A stretch of DNA of 64,000 bases from Anaerolineae bacterium (GTDB lineage Bacteria; Chloroflexota; Anaerolineae; UBA1429), in assembly GCA_040766725.1 (NCBI GenBank), contig JAXGPZ010000001.1, positions 2,947,215 to 3,011,214 of the forward strand, written 5' to 3'. The notes under the pieces were generated by a model that was not told the DNA's origin, did not search any database, and saw nothing but the letters and a program-made list of their open reading frames with translations. How positions within the stretch are numbered: position 1 is the first letter of the stretch; each line of letters starts with the position of its first letter. Position numbers and translations under genes: made by a program. Of the stretch, positions 8,916-17,173 are shown one piece after another.

Positions 8916-9841
8916 CGGCTCCTCTCAGCGCGCTCGATGGTGGCCGGCTGTGCGGCCGCCATGCCCGGGCGCCAGACCCAGCCGCTGTCTGGGTGCACCC
9001 CCCAGCCCAATACGGCGGTGTTGCCGTCGCGATCGAGCGCAAAGATGGTCACCGAGCCCGCAAAAGTGGTGCTCAGCGCGTCGAGGTCGCGGGCGGCTTC
9101 GCGCAGGGCCTCGGGCAGCGTGAGCCCCATCTTTAGATAGAGCACCACGGCGCGCGCCGTGCCCGCACGAATGGTCAGCTCGCCATGGCCGATGCAGCCC
9201 GCCGCGCCATAGCGGTCGTCGGCATAGATGCCCGCGCCGATCACGGGCGAATCGCCCAGGCGGCCGGGGTATTTGAGCGCCCAGCCGCTGGTGCTCACGC
9301 CGGCGCCGATATGGCCGGCCTGGTCGAGCGCCAGAAAGACAGTGGTGCCATGCGCCTTTTGTGGATCGGTGGTCAGGCGCGCAAGGGGCGCCAGCGGCCC
9401 TGTTGGCCCGCAGAGCGTCATCTGCTGGGGCGCCCAGCGCTCAATCCAGGCGCGCCAGCGGGCGGTGATCTCGGGTGTGCGGTTGTCGCCCGCCTCGCCG
9501 CCGATCTCTTGGGCAAAGCGCTCGGCGCCACGGCCCACCAGCATCACGTGGGGCAGATCGGTCATCACGCGCCGGGCCAGGCTGATGGGGTGTAGCTGGC
9601 CGATCACCGCGCCCACCGCGCCAGCGTTCAGCGTGGCGCCGTCCATGATGGCCGCATCCAGCTCCACCTGCCCCAGCAGGTTGGGCCAGCCGCTCTTGCC
9701 TACCGAGTGGTTGGTCTCGTCGTCCTCGACCAGCCGGATGCCCTGCTCGATGGCATCGAGGGCCGGCGCGCCCTGAGACAGCAGCTCCCACGAGCGCCCG
9801 ATGCCCACATTGCCGCCGCCGTTGGTCAGAATAACGGTCAC
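8912..9841 (-). CDS. isoaspartyl peptidase / L-asparaginase (Ntn-hydrolase, asparaginase_2 family)
   Basis: 'HGTTVFLALDQAGHIGAGVSTSG' (Thr nucleophile after autocleavage site), 'GAGIYADDRYGAAGCIGHGE' typical of plant-type asparaginase/glycosylasparaginase family. Confidence 0.75.
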   Translation of the reverse strand: MTVILTNGGGNVGIGRSWELLSQGAPALDAIEQGIRLVEDDETNHSVGKSGWPNLLGQVELDAAIMDGATLNAGAVGAVIGQLHPISLARRVMTDLPHVMLVGRGAERFAQEIGGEAGDNRTPEITARWRAWIERWAPQQMTLCGPTGPLAPLARLTTDPQKAHGTTVFLALDQAGHIGAGVSTSGWALKYPGRLGDSPVIGAGIYADDRYGAAGCIGHGELTIRAGTARAVVLYLKMGLTLPEALREAARDLDALSTTFAGSVTIFALDRDGNTAVLGWGVHPDSGWVWRPGMAAAQPATIERAERSR

Positions 9842-9844
9842 TAC

Positions 9845-10591
9845 TCAGCCCTCCCGACAGATGTGATCGAGGCAGAACTGCGCAGCCGCGGGCACCTGCG
9901 CGTCCCAGGTAAAGTCATCATGCGCACCGGGATGGACGACCCACTCGTGCGCCCGCCCCAGGCCCAGCAGGTGCTCGTGCCAGGCGAGGTTGGTGCGCCA
10001 CAAAAAGTCCTCGGTGCCGCAGCTCTGACGAATGGCGGGCGCAGGCGCCGGACTCGCCGCCACACGTTCGGCCAGCACAAACAGGTCGTTGTCGGGGGGC
10101 AACGCCGCGCCGAGCCGGCCTACGTCGTCGTCAGCGTGTCGTTCAGAGGGCTCGTGGGCAAAGTAGGTCGAGCCAGACACCGATGCGCAAGCGCCAAACA
10201 GGTCGGGGTGGCGCAGCGCCAGCAAGAGCGCGCCGTAGCCGCCCATCGACAGCCCCATCACGGCGCGAGATTCGCGACGCCGCTGCGTGGGAAAGACCCG
10301 TTCGACATAGCCCAGGGCGTCTTGCCAGATGGCGTCCTCCCAGCGGATGCCGCCCGACCAGGGCTCGTTGCAGTAGAACGACCGCCCGCCGTCGGGCATC
10401 ACCACCAGGGCGTCGGCATTGCGCAAGAGCCGCGCGGCCTGATGGTGGCGCACCATGCTGGCGTAGCTGCCGGTGAGGCCGTGCAGCATGAACAGCACCG
10501 GCCAGGGGCCGGGCGCCTCGGGCACGATGACGTTCATCTCGGCTTCGCGGCCCAACGCGGGGCTGTAGTAGCTGATGGCGCACAGCGACAT
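9845..10591 (-). CDS. esterase (esterase D / S-formylglutathione hydrolase-like alpha/beta hydrolase)
   Basis: 'PVLFMLHGLTGS', 'GLSMGGYGAL' nucleophile elbow; start set at ATG 10591 preceded by GGGAGG. Confidence 0.7.
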   Translation of the reverse strand: MSLCAISYYSPALGREAEMNVIVPEAPGPWPVLFMLHGLTGSYASMVRHHQAARLLRNADALVVMPDGGRSFYCNEPWSGGIRWEDAIWQDALGYVERVFPTQRRRESRAVMGLSMGGYGALLLALRHPDLFGACASVSGSTYFAHEPSERHADDDVGRLGAALPPDNDLFVLAERVAASPAPAPAIRQSCGTEDFLWRTNLAWHEHLLGLGRAHEWVVHPGAHDDFTWDAQVPAAAQFCLDHICREG

Positions 10592-10653
10592 GGCATCCTC
10601 CCTGCGAGCGAGACTGGGCAGGATGCTAGGCCGGTATCGCGCACAGCGCAAAC

Positions 10654-11577
10654 TCAGTCGAGCAGTCTGGCCATCTCAAGCGGCAGGCTCTCCGCAGGGT
10701 CGAACAGATGGACGTCGAGGGGCGTGGGCTTGGTCGCGTCGCGCTCGAGTTGCAGTGCGCCCGCCGGACAGAGGTTGACGCAGGCTCCGCAGCCCATGCA
10801 GGCGGCCGCGTTCACCTGCGCCGCGCCTTGCACGTGGATGGCAGCAAAGGCGCAGGTGCGCTCGCAAAGGCCACAGGCGATGCAGGTCGTTGTGTCTACG
10901 CGGGCCACATAGCCCGATGAGATGAGCATGGGGGTGCCATTGCGGTGAGCGCTGATGGCGCCGCAACAGCAAGAGCAGCAGTTGCAGATGGCATAGAACC
11001 GGCCGAGCATGGCCTGCTTGAAAAAGGCATGGTGCACATGACCGCGGCGCGCTTCGGCGGCGACGATGTCTATGGCCTCCTCGCGGGCGATGGCGCGGGC
11101 GTGAGCGGGATGGTGCTCGAGCACAAACGACGCAAAGGGCTCGCCCACGATCAGGCAGACGTCGACGGGCGAGCAAGGATGCTTCCTCGCCAGACGACAG
11201 GGGCAGTCGAGCGCCACAAAGGGCCCCTGGCCCGCGAGCATCAGGTGGCGCGCTGCCTCAAACGGGATGACCTGCTCGGGGAGATCAAGCGCTACCGGCT
11301 CGTCGACGGCCAGCAAGCGCGTGACCGCGGCGGTGGGCAGCACCTTGCCGTGATACTCGGCCGCCCAGCGCCGTGGCGACAGGGCGCGGGCCAGAAAGGG
11401 CGCGAACAGCAGCCGCTTCCGGCGCAGGTCGCGCCGCTCGCCGATGCCCGCCCCGATATAGCCATAGGCCCAGCGGGTGTAGACATAGCCGTGCAGGAAG
11501 GTGTAGAGGGGGCGCCTGGACTGGCGGGCCAACCGCCAAAAGGCGCGCGTGCTGGGCCGGGCGCGTGGCCGCTTCAT
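10654..11577 (-). CDS. Cys-rich 4Fe-4S dicluster-domain protein (uncharacterised family)
   Basis: Two ferredoxin motifs 'CIACGLCERTCAF' and 'CMGCGACVNLCPAGA', plus 'DCPCRLARKHPCSPVDVC' and an unusual 'NCCSCCCGA' cluster. Start set to ATG 11577 (GGAGGA RBS, 5-nt spacer); the listed ATG 11598 sits inside the RBS. Confidence 0.6.
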   Translation of the reverse strand: MKRPRARPSTRAFWRLARQSRRPLYTFLHGYVYTRWAYGYIGAGIGERRDLRRKRLLFAPFLARALSPRRWAAEYHGKVLPTAAVTRLLAVDEPVALDLPEQVIPFEAARHLMLAGQGPFVALDCPCRLARKHPCSPVDVCLIVGEPFASFVLEHHPAHARAIAREEAIDIVAAEARRGHVHHAFFKQAMLGRFYAICNCCSCCCGAISAHRNGTPMLISSGYVARVDTTTCIACGLCERTCAFAAIHVQGAAQVNAAACMGCGACVNLCPAGALQLERDATKPTPLDVHLFDPAESLPLEMARLLD

Positions 11578-11666
11578 GTCGGTCCTCCTCCCCACCACCG
11601 TCCAAACGATGGGGCCACAGCGGCCCTGGCTTCTCCCCAGGGCCGCTGCCTGGCCAGGTGTTACCG

Positions 11667-12230
11667 TCAGCGCTTGAGGTCGGCGCGCAGGCCGCGCACC
11701 TCATCCACCAGCGTGGCCAGCAGTTCGCCTTCCGAGCCCACGGGCAGCGTCCTTGGCTGGCGCGGCGCAGTATACAGGTGCTGGATGATCGCCTGGCGCA
11801 GTTCCTCGTAGCTGGCCATGCCGCTGACGGTGGCCTCGGCGTTGCTGCTGGCCGAATAGCCGGCGGTGTGCACCCTGAGCGTGCCCAGCCCCAGCGCCCG
11901 CGCCACCGGCCCGCGCCGCAGGGCCACGTTGGTGATCATGTGGTAGGGCACCACATCGGTCGCCTTGGTGATGATGCCCCTGCGCACGATCAACTCTTGG
12001 GCGCCCAGTTCGTAGCTGATCGAGCGCACATACGGGCCGATCAGCAGCAAGACCGTAATCACCCACACGGCGTTGGCGGCAAAGAACCAGGCCAGAAAGC
12101 CAGCGCCGATTTCGGGGACCAGGGCCAGCAGGGCCCAGGGCGCAAAGAAGACGACAAAGATCAGCAGTACGGTCACCGCCAACAGCGTGCGGTAACGGGG
12201 ATCGGGGGTATAGACCTGTGGCGTTTGCAT
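11667..12230 (-). CDS. membrane-flanked PH-domain protein (bPH_2 / YdbS-like)
   Basis: Two N-terminal TM helices followed by ~100-aa soluble domain with bPH_2-like pattern ('ELIVRRGIITKATDVVPYHMITNVALRRGP'). Confidence 0.55.
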   Translation of the reverse strand: MQTPQVYTPDPRYRTLLAVTVLLIFVVFFAPWALLALVPEIGAGFLAWFFAANAVWVITVLLLIGPYVRSISYELGAQELIVRRGIITKATDVVPYHMITNVALRRGPVARALGLGTLRVHTAGYSASSNAEATVSGMASYEELRQAIIQHLYTAPRQPRTLPVGSEGELLATLVDEVRGLRADLKR

Positions 12231-12320
12231 CGCGATCGCTCCTCTCTGTCACACCACAGCCACAATACGCCCGATGCGCATCATGGTTGCGCTGCCGCCA
12301 CTCACACGAGCTGCACGATC

Positions 12321-12701
12321 TCACTCATCTTCCACAGGCAATAGCAGCCGCACAAAGCGCCTTAGCGCCGGCCACAGGCTGCCATGCCGTCGCGTCGGGG
12401 GCCGCGCAACGCTGGCGGGCCGGCCGGCGCCCTGCAGATGGGCGGCAAGCAGCGCCACCACCTCGTCATGGCCGCGCAGGCCACGCCCCCGTCGCAGCTC
12501 GCCGACCACCTCGGCCCAGGTGTCCATCACCAGGTCCTCGGCATCGTCGGGCGCCAGGCCCTTGGGCAGCGCCGCCCTGATCAGAGGATCATAGTGGCGA
12601 TAGAGGCGCTCGAGGGCCTGCTGACCGGCAGGGTCGCTCGACCGCGCCTCGGCCAGCAGACGGCGCACTGTGGCGGCATCGCGAGACGTTGGCGCAGCCA
12701 T
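12321..12701 (-). CDS. small sigma-70 region-2-like protein (no region 4; sigma fragment or mimic)
   Basis: 'QALERLYRHYDPLIRAALPKGLAPDDAEDLVMDTWAEV' resembles ECF sigma region 2; only 126 aa; ATG overlaps upstream EamA stop as ATGA (12698-12704). Confidence 0.45.
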   Translation of the reverse strand: MAAPTSRDAATVRRLLAEARSSDPAGQQALERLYRHYDPLIRAALPKGLAPDDAEDLVMDTWAEVVGELRRGRGLRGHDEVVALLAAHLQGAGRPASVARPPTRRHGSLWPALRRFVRLLLPVEDE

Positions 12702-13654
12702 CAGGCGGCCTCCCGAGCGGGTTCGGGCGCAGGGCGCGGCCGGCGCGCGCTGATCCACACGCCGCCCAGCGCCAACACGCCGCCGAGGGCCTGCCACAGC
12801 GACACGCTGTCGCCGGCCAGCAGGGCAATGCCCAGGCCCATCACCGGCACCAGGTTGACAAAGGTGGTGGCGGTGCTGGCCTCGAGCACCTGCACGCCCA
12901 TGTTCCAGAACCACATCGTCAGCCCCGAAGCCGCCACACTGAGATAGAGCACGGCGCCCACCGCCAGCAGATCGGGCTGCGGCAGCCCGGCGGCCACCGT
13001 CTCCCAGATGGCAAAGGGCAACACCATCAGGATGCCCGCGCCAAAGCTGCCCACCGTCACACACAGGATATCGCGGCCCGCCGGCACCCGCTTGAGCAGC
13101 AGGGTGTAGGCCGCCCAAGCGCCCACACAGCCGAGCATGAGCAGGTTGCCCAGCGCAGGATTGGTCGCCGTCGTCGCCTGCTGGGCGCCGCCGACCATGG
13201 CCGTGCCCAGGACCGCCAGTGAGATGCCCAGCCATTGCGTGCGGCGCAGCCGTTGCCGTTGCACCAGCGCCTCGAGCAGCGCCGTGGCGATGGGCACGCC
13301 GGCCAGAATCAGCGACGCGCTGGCCGCACTTGTATAGGCCAGCCCCAGGTTCTGCAGCATGTAAAAGAGCGCCAGGCCGGTCAGCCCCAGCAGCAGGCTG
13401 TCGGGCTGCAGGGCATGCCGCCACCTGAAACCGCGTCGCCAGGCCAACGGCAGGAGCAGCACAAAGGCGATGCCAAACCGCAACAACACCAGTAGCACCG
13501 GCCCAAAGTGGCGCATCGCCGCCTGGGTCACAACCAGCGTCGAGCCCCAGATGAGCACGGTAATGGAGAGATAGAGCGCGCCACGGCCGCGGCTAATGGC
13601 GAACCTCCTCGGGCCACTGGGTGCAACCCACCGGCGCCCCGCGCTGCTGATCAT
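12701..13654 (-). CDS. EamA/DMT-family transporter (start uncertain: ATG 13654 or 13699, both overlap the upstream gene)
   Basis: 10-TM profile with duplicated EamA halves ('LIWGSTLVV', 'LGLAYTSAASASLI', second half 'VTVGSFGAGILM'); no clean RBS at either candidate start. Confidence 0.65.
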   Translation of the reverse strand: MISSAGRRWVAPSGPRRFAISRGRGALYLSITVLIWGSTLVVTQAAMRHFGPVLLVLLRFGIAFVLLLPLAWRRGFRWRHALQPDSLLLGLTGLALFYMLQNLGLAYTSAASASLILAGVPIATALLEALVQRQRLRRTQWLGISLAVLGTAMVGGAQQATTATNPALGNLLMLGCVGAWAAYTLLLKRVPAGRDILCVTVGSFGAGILMVLPFAIWETVAAGLPQPDLLAVGAVLYLSVAASGLTMWFWNMGVQVLEASTATTFVNLVPVMGLGIALLAGDSVSLWQALGGVLALGGVWISARRPRPAPEPAREAA

Positions 13655-14552
13655 CAGAGCAAGCACCGCACTTGATGCAACGCACGATCTCATGCTCACG
13701 CCCAGCGCGCACTTTGGCGGGCCAGTCGGGGTCGGCGATCAGGCCACGGCCGACGGCGACCAGATGGGCGCGGCCCTCGCGCAACACCTCGACGGCGCGG
13801 GGCACGACGTCGAGGTCATTGACCGCGATGACCGGCACGCCAAGCCGGACGAACGGCGCTGCCAGGTCGCCGGGCGCATCGATCGACGAGGGTGATAGGT
13901 CCAGGATGTCGACACCGGCCGCCACCAGGCGGCGCGCCAGCTCGAGGCTGTCGTCAACGCCATAGCCCTGCCCCTGCGGCGTGTGCCGATAGAGCAGCAG
14001 CATCGCGTCGCCACACACGGGCCGCAACGCCGTGACCACGCGCTCGGCCAGCCGCGCGCGCGTGGCGAGGCTGTGCCCGCCGTAGGCATCGCGGCGCTCA
14101 TTCTGCAGCGGCGAGAAAAAGCGGTTCAGCAGGTATCCGTGGGCGCCGTGCGGCTCGATGGCGTCGAACCCCGCCTCTCGACAGACCTGACCAACGCGCC
14201 CATAGGCCGACACCAACTCCTCGATATCGGCCATAGACAGCTCGTGGGGCTGGCGCAGGCGGTTGGCGAGCATGGGGTAGAGCTGAATGGCCGCCATGGC
14301 GCCACCGCCGTGGATGGCAGCGACCAGCGGGCGCAGGTTGGCCGCGGTCAACTCCTCATCGAACTGGAACAGGCGCGTGGCCTCGACGATGACCAGCGCA
14401 GCCCCACCATGCGCCCGCTCGCCATACCACGCTATCGCAGCGGGCGAGGTCAGCGGGCGATTGGCCATCATCGGCGGCAGCACAATACGGTTGCGCAGCG
14501 TCTGGCCGCGCACCGTCAGCGGCTCAAAGAGCCGCTCGATGTCGGTCGTCAT
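13593..14552 (-). CDS. NADH:flavin oxidoreductase, Old Yellow Enzyme family
   Basis: 'FEPLTVRGQTLRNRIVLPPM', 'GFDAIEPHGAHGYLLNRFFSP' OYE signatures; start ATG 14552 overlaps upstream stop (TGATG). Confidence 0.75.
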   Translation of the reverse strand: MTTDIERLFEPLTVRGQTLRNRIVLPPMMANRPLTSPAAIAWYGERAHGGAALVIVEATRLFQFDEELTAANLRPLVAAIHGGGAMAAIQLYPMLANRLRQPHELSMADIEELVSAYGRVGQVCREAGFDAIEPHGAHGYLLNRFFSPLQNERRDAYGGHSLATRARLAERVVTALRPVCGDAMLLLYRHTPQGQGYGVDDSLELARRLVAAGVDILDLSPSSIDAPGDLAAPFVRLGVPVIAVNDLDVVPRAVEVLREGRAHLVAVGRGLIADPDWPAKVRAGREHEIVRCIKCGACSDDQQRGAPVGCTQWPEEVRH

Positions 14553-15505
14553 CAGAAATCCACCCTCCCCCAGATGCGCTCGCGGTACCAACGCACTGTC
14601 TCGGCCAGGCCCTCGCGCGGCAGAGTCTTGGGCTCATAGCCCAACAGGCGCCTGGCCTTGGCGATATCGGCGTGGGTGCGCAGCTGGTCCCCACTGCGCC
14701 TAGGCCTCATGACGATGCGCGCCTCTTGGCCGATGATCTCTTGCACCAGATCAATACCCTCGCCCGTGGTGATGGCGGTGTCGGTGCCGATGTTCAGAAT
14801 CTCACCTAACACCGCGTCGCGGTGCTCGAGCACGCTGCAAAAACCGTCGATGATGTCGCTCACATAGGTAAAGCTGCGCAGATGGTCGCGGCTGCCCTCG
14901 AACAGCGGGAACTCTTGCTCCTCGAGGATGGCCCGGATCAGCTTGGGATAGAGCTTTTCGGGGCGCTCGCGCGGGCCGTACACCGAGAAAAGGCGCAACG
15001 AGCAGGCGGGAAAGCCCTTGTCACGGCAGAGCGCCAACGCCAACTGCTCGGCAGCCAACTTGGTGACGCCATAGTAAGAGGTGGGCGCCGGCGCTGTCGT
15101 CTCGTCGCGGGTGGCGTCGGCGCCATAGATCGACGAGGTGCCCACGTTGACGAACAGCTCTATGCTACGAGAGCCGCGCAGCGCATCGAGCAGGCGGTGA
15201 GTGGCCTGCACGTTGTTCCGCTCATAGTCGTAGAAGGACACGTGCTCGGCGATGCCCGGCTGCGCCGCCAGATGGTACACAGCGTCGACCCCCTCGACGG
15301 CGCCGGCCAGGTCATCGGCGGCCAGGTCCAGCTCGAGCAGGGTGGCGCCGGCGGCGCGCACGTCTTGTGCGTTCAGTTCTTTGAGCGCGCGAGCATAGTA
15401 GGGACTAAAGCAGTCCAGCCCCAGCACCTCATGCCCAAGCACGCAAAGCCGCTCGCACAGGTGCGAGCCGATAAAGCCGGCCGCGCCCGTAACCAGGATT
15501 CTCAT
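14552..15505 (-). CDS. NAD-dependent epimerase/dehydratase (SDR-e, UDP-sugar epimerase/decarboxylase-like)
   Basis: 'MRILVTGAAGFIGSHL' Rossmann; 'YGVTK' catalytic YxxxK. Confidence 0.8.
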   Translation of the reverse strand: MRILVTGAAGFIGSHLCERLCVLGHEVLGLDCFSPYYARALKELNAQDVRAAGATLLELDLAADDLAGAVEGVDAVYHLAAQPGIAEHVSFYDYERNNVQATHRLLDALRGSRSIELFVNVGTSSIYGADATRDETTAPAPTSYYGVTKLAAEQLALALCRDKGFPACSLRLFSVYGPRERPEKLYPKLIRAILEEQEFPLFEGSRDHLRSFTYVSDIIDGFCSVLEHRDAVLGEILNIGTDTAITTGEGIDLVQEIIGQEARIVMRPRRSGDQLRTHADIAKARRLLGYEPKTLPREGLAETVRWYRERIWGRVDF

Positions 15506-15523
15506 GACAGGGCCTCCCTGGGG

Positions 15524-15925
15524 CTAGGCCAGATACGGCTTTTGCTTGCTGGTCTCGGTGTAGCCGTGAAGCTCGATACGGTTGCCGTCGGGATCGGTGA
15601 TCCACGCCTGCCAAGCGTTGTCGCCACCGAGCTTGGCGTCTGAGACCTCGACGCCCTGAGCGCGCAGCTCTTGGACCGTCTGGTGGACGTCGTCGACTTC
15701 GAGGCAGAGATGCTGATAGGACTGCTTCTCGGCGCGCGGAGCCAGCTCGCGCTGGAACAGCTCGATAAAGTTGCGGCCGCCGGCATGGACATACTGGCCA
15801 AAGCGCGTGCCGTCGTCTCTGTAAAAGCCAAAGGCCTCTTGCAGCCCGAGCTTGCCGCAGTAGAAATCCAGGGCGGCATCCAGATCGGCGACGACGTAAC
15901 AGACGTGCGCGATTCCGACGATCAT
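15524..15925 (-). CDS. VOC-family (glyoxalase/bleomycin-resistance fold) protein
   Basis: 133 aa, 'IAHVCYVVADLDAALDFY...LGL' / 'QHLCLEVDDV' VOC pattern. Confidence 0.7.
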   Translation of the reverse strand: MIVGIAHVCYVVADLDAALDFYCGKLGLQEAFGFYRDDGTRFGQYVHAGGRNFIELFQRELAPRAEKQSYQHLCLEVDDVHQTVQELRAQGVEVSDAKLGGDNAWQAWITDPDGNRIELHGYTETSKQKPYLA

Positions 15926-16088
15926 GCTTCCTCCTGATGCGGGTTGCGAGCCCCGCCCTCGTAGATGCCCGCCGGCAGACTGGCGCCGGCAGACGTGCCG
16001 CTATTATAGTACAAGTGGGGCGCGCGAGCACCGCGCCGCCTCACGAGGCAGGCATACGTTCTGGCTGCACTTGAGGCGCGCGCAAGAC

Positions 16089-16098
16089 GTGCTACAAT
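16089..16098 (+). promoter_or_regulatory. extended -10 promoter element (TGcTACAAT) upstream of LysM gene
   Basis: tgcTACAAT at 16090-16098, ~35 nt before ATG 16132; GGGAGG RBS at 16122-16127. Confidence 0.35.
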
Positions 16099-16131
16099 GC
16101 GCCCCAGGCAGAGCCGTATGCGGGAGGCCGG

Positions 16132-16962
16132 ATGCCAGCATCTACAACGCGCCGAATCACACTTGTAGCTCTCGTGGCGTTGACTCTGGCGCTACAGAGC
16201 GGTTGCGCGCGCAGCAAGCCTGCGCGCGAGTTGCCCCCGGTCGAAGAGGTGTTTGCGCAGGGCGCGCTGGCGGCACAGGCCGAGCAACAAGCCGAGCCCC
16301 AGCCAGCGGCCGAGGCCACGCCGACGCCAGCCGCCGCTTTGACGATCGTGGCCGCCACGGCCACCGCCATGGCGGCGCCTTACTCGACCACGCCAACGCT
16401 GGCTGCCACGCCCACAGCCATGGCAAGTGTATCGCCAACGCCGGGCGTCGGCGCCACGGCCACGCCGACCACGGCTCCCTTGGCCACGGTTCTGGTGGCC
16501 GAAGGCGACACGCTCTATTCACTGGCCAAACGCCACGGCACCACTGTCGAGGCGCTGCAAGCGGCGAACGGGTTGGGCGCCTCTGACCACATCGAGTTCG
16601 GGCAAGTGCTCTGCTTGCCGGCCGATGCCTCGCCCGATAGCGGCCCCCAAGTTCGCACCACCGACTACTGGGTGCGGCAGGGCGAGAACCTGAGTATGAT
16701 CGCGCGCCGCTACAAGACGACGGTCGACGAGATCATGGCGGCCAACCCGGGCATCTCTGATGAGGACCAGATCTATCCGGGCATGCGCATGGTGGTGCCG
16801 GTAAACACGGCCCCTCAGCGAACGCATCAGGTGCGCTACGGAGAGTCATTGAGCGGCATCGCGGCCCGCTATGGCGTCACGGTGCGCAGCATCGTGCAGG
16901 CCAATGGGCTGCGCAACGCCAACCAGATCTATGCCGGACAGGTCCTGATCATTCCCGAGTAG
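16132..16962 (+). CDS. secreted lipoprotein with three LysM peptidoglycan-binding domains
   Basis: Lipobox 'LQSGC'; three repeats of '...EGDTLYSLAKRHGTTVEALQAANGL...' LysM consensus. Confidence 0.8.
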   Translation: MPASTTRRITLVALVALTLALQSGCARSKPARELPPVEEVFAQGALAAQAEQQAEPQPAAEATPTPAAALTIVAATATAMAAPYSTTPTLAATPTAMASVSPTPGVGATATPTTAPLATVLVAEGDTLYSLAKRHGTTVEALQAANGLGASDHIEFGQVLCLPADASPDSGPQVRTTDYWVRQGENLSMIARRYKTTVDEIMAANPGISDEDQIYPGMRMVVPVNTAPQRTHQVRYGESLSGIAARYGVTVRSIVQANGLRNANQIYAGQVLIIPE

Positions 16963-17173
16963 CCAGAGCTGAGCCTCTTTATGGACGCGCCCCATTGTGC
17001 GTTTGGCAATAACAGCCTATAATAGTCGACAAGTGCTGCCGGATGGCCCGGGGGCGAGACGCCCGGGCGGGTATGGGTAGTGCCAAGCAGGCAAGGGGTG
17101 GGGGCAACAGCCACAGTCTCGGGCTGGTCACAACCTACCTGCGTCGTAGTTTCCGAGTACTTCAGGAGGAAAG

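Noticed and set aside
12702-13424. 5' portion (12702..13424) of the 367-aa ORF listed at 12321..13424 - as a 5'-extended form of the small sigma-r2-like gene (12321..12701)
   Set aside because: This 5' portion is an alternative frame of the EamA transporter gene. The ATGA coupling at 12701 with the EamA stop gives a clean 126-aa product.
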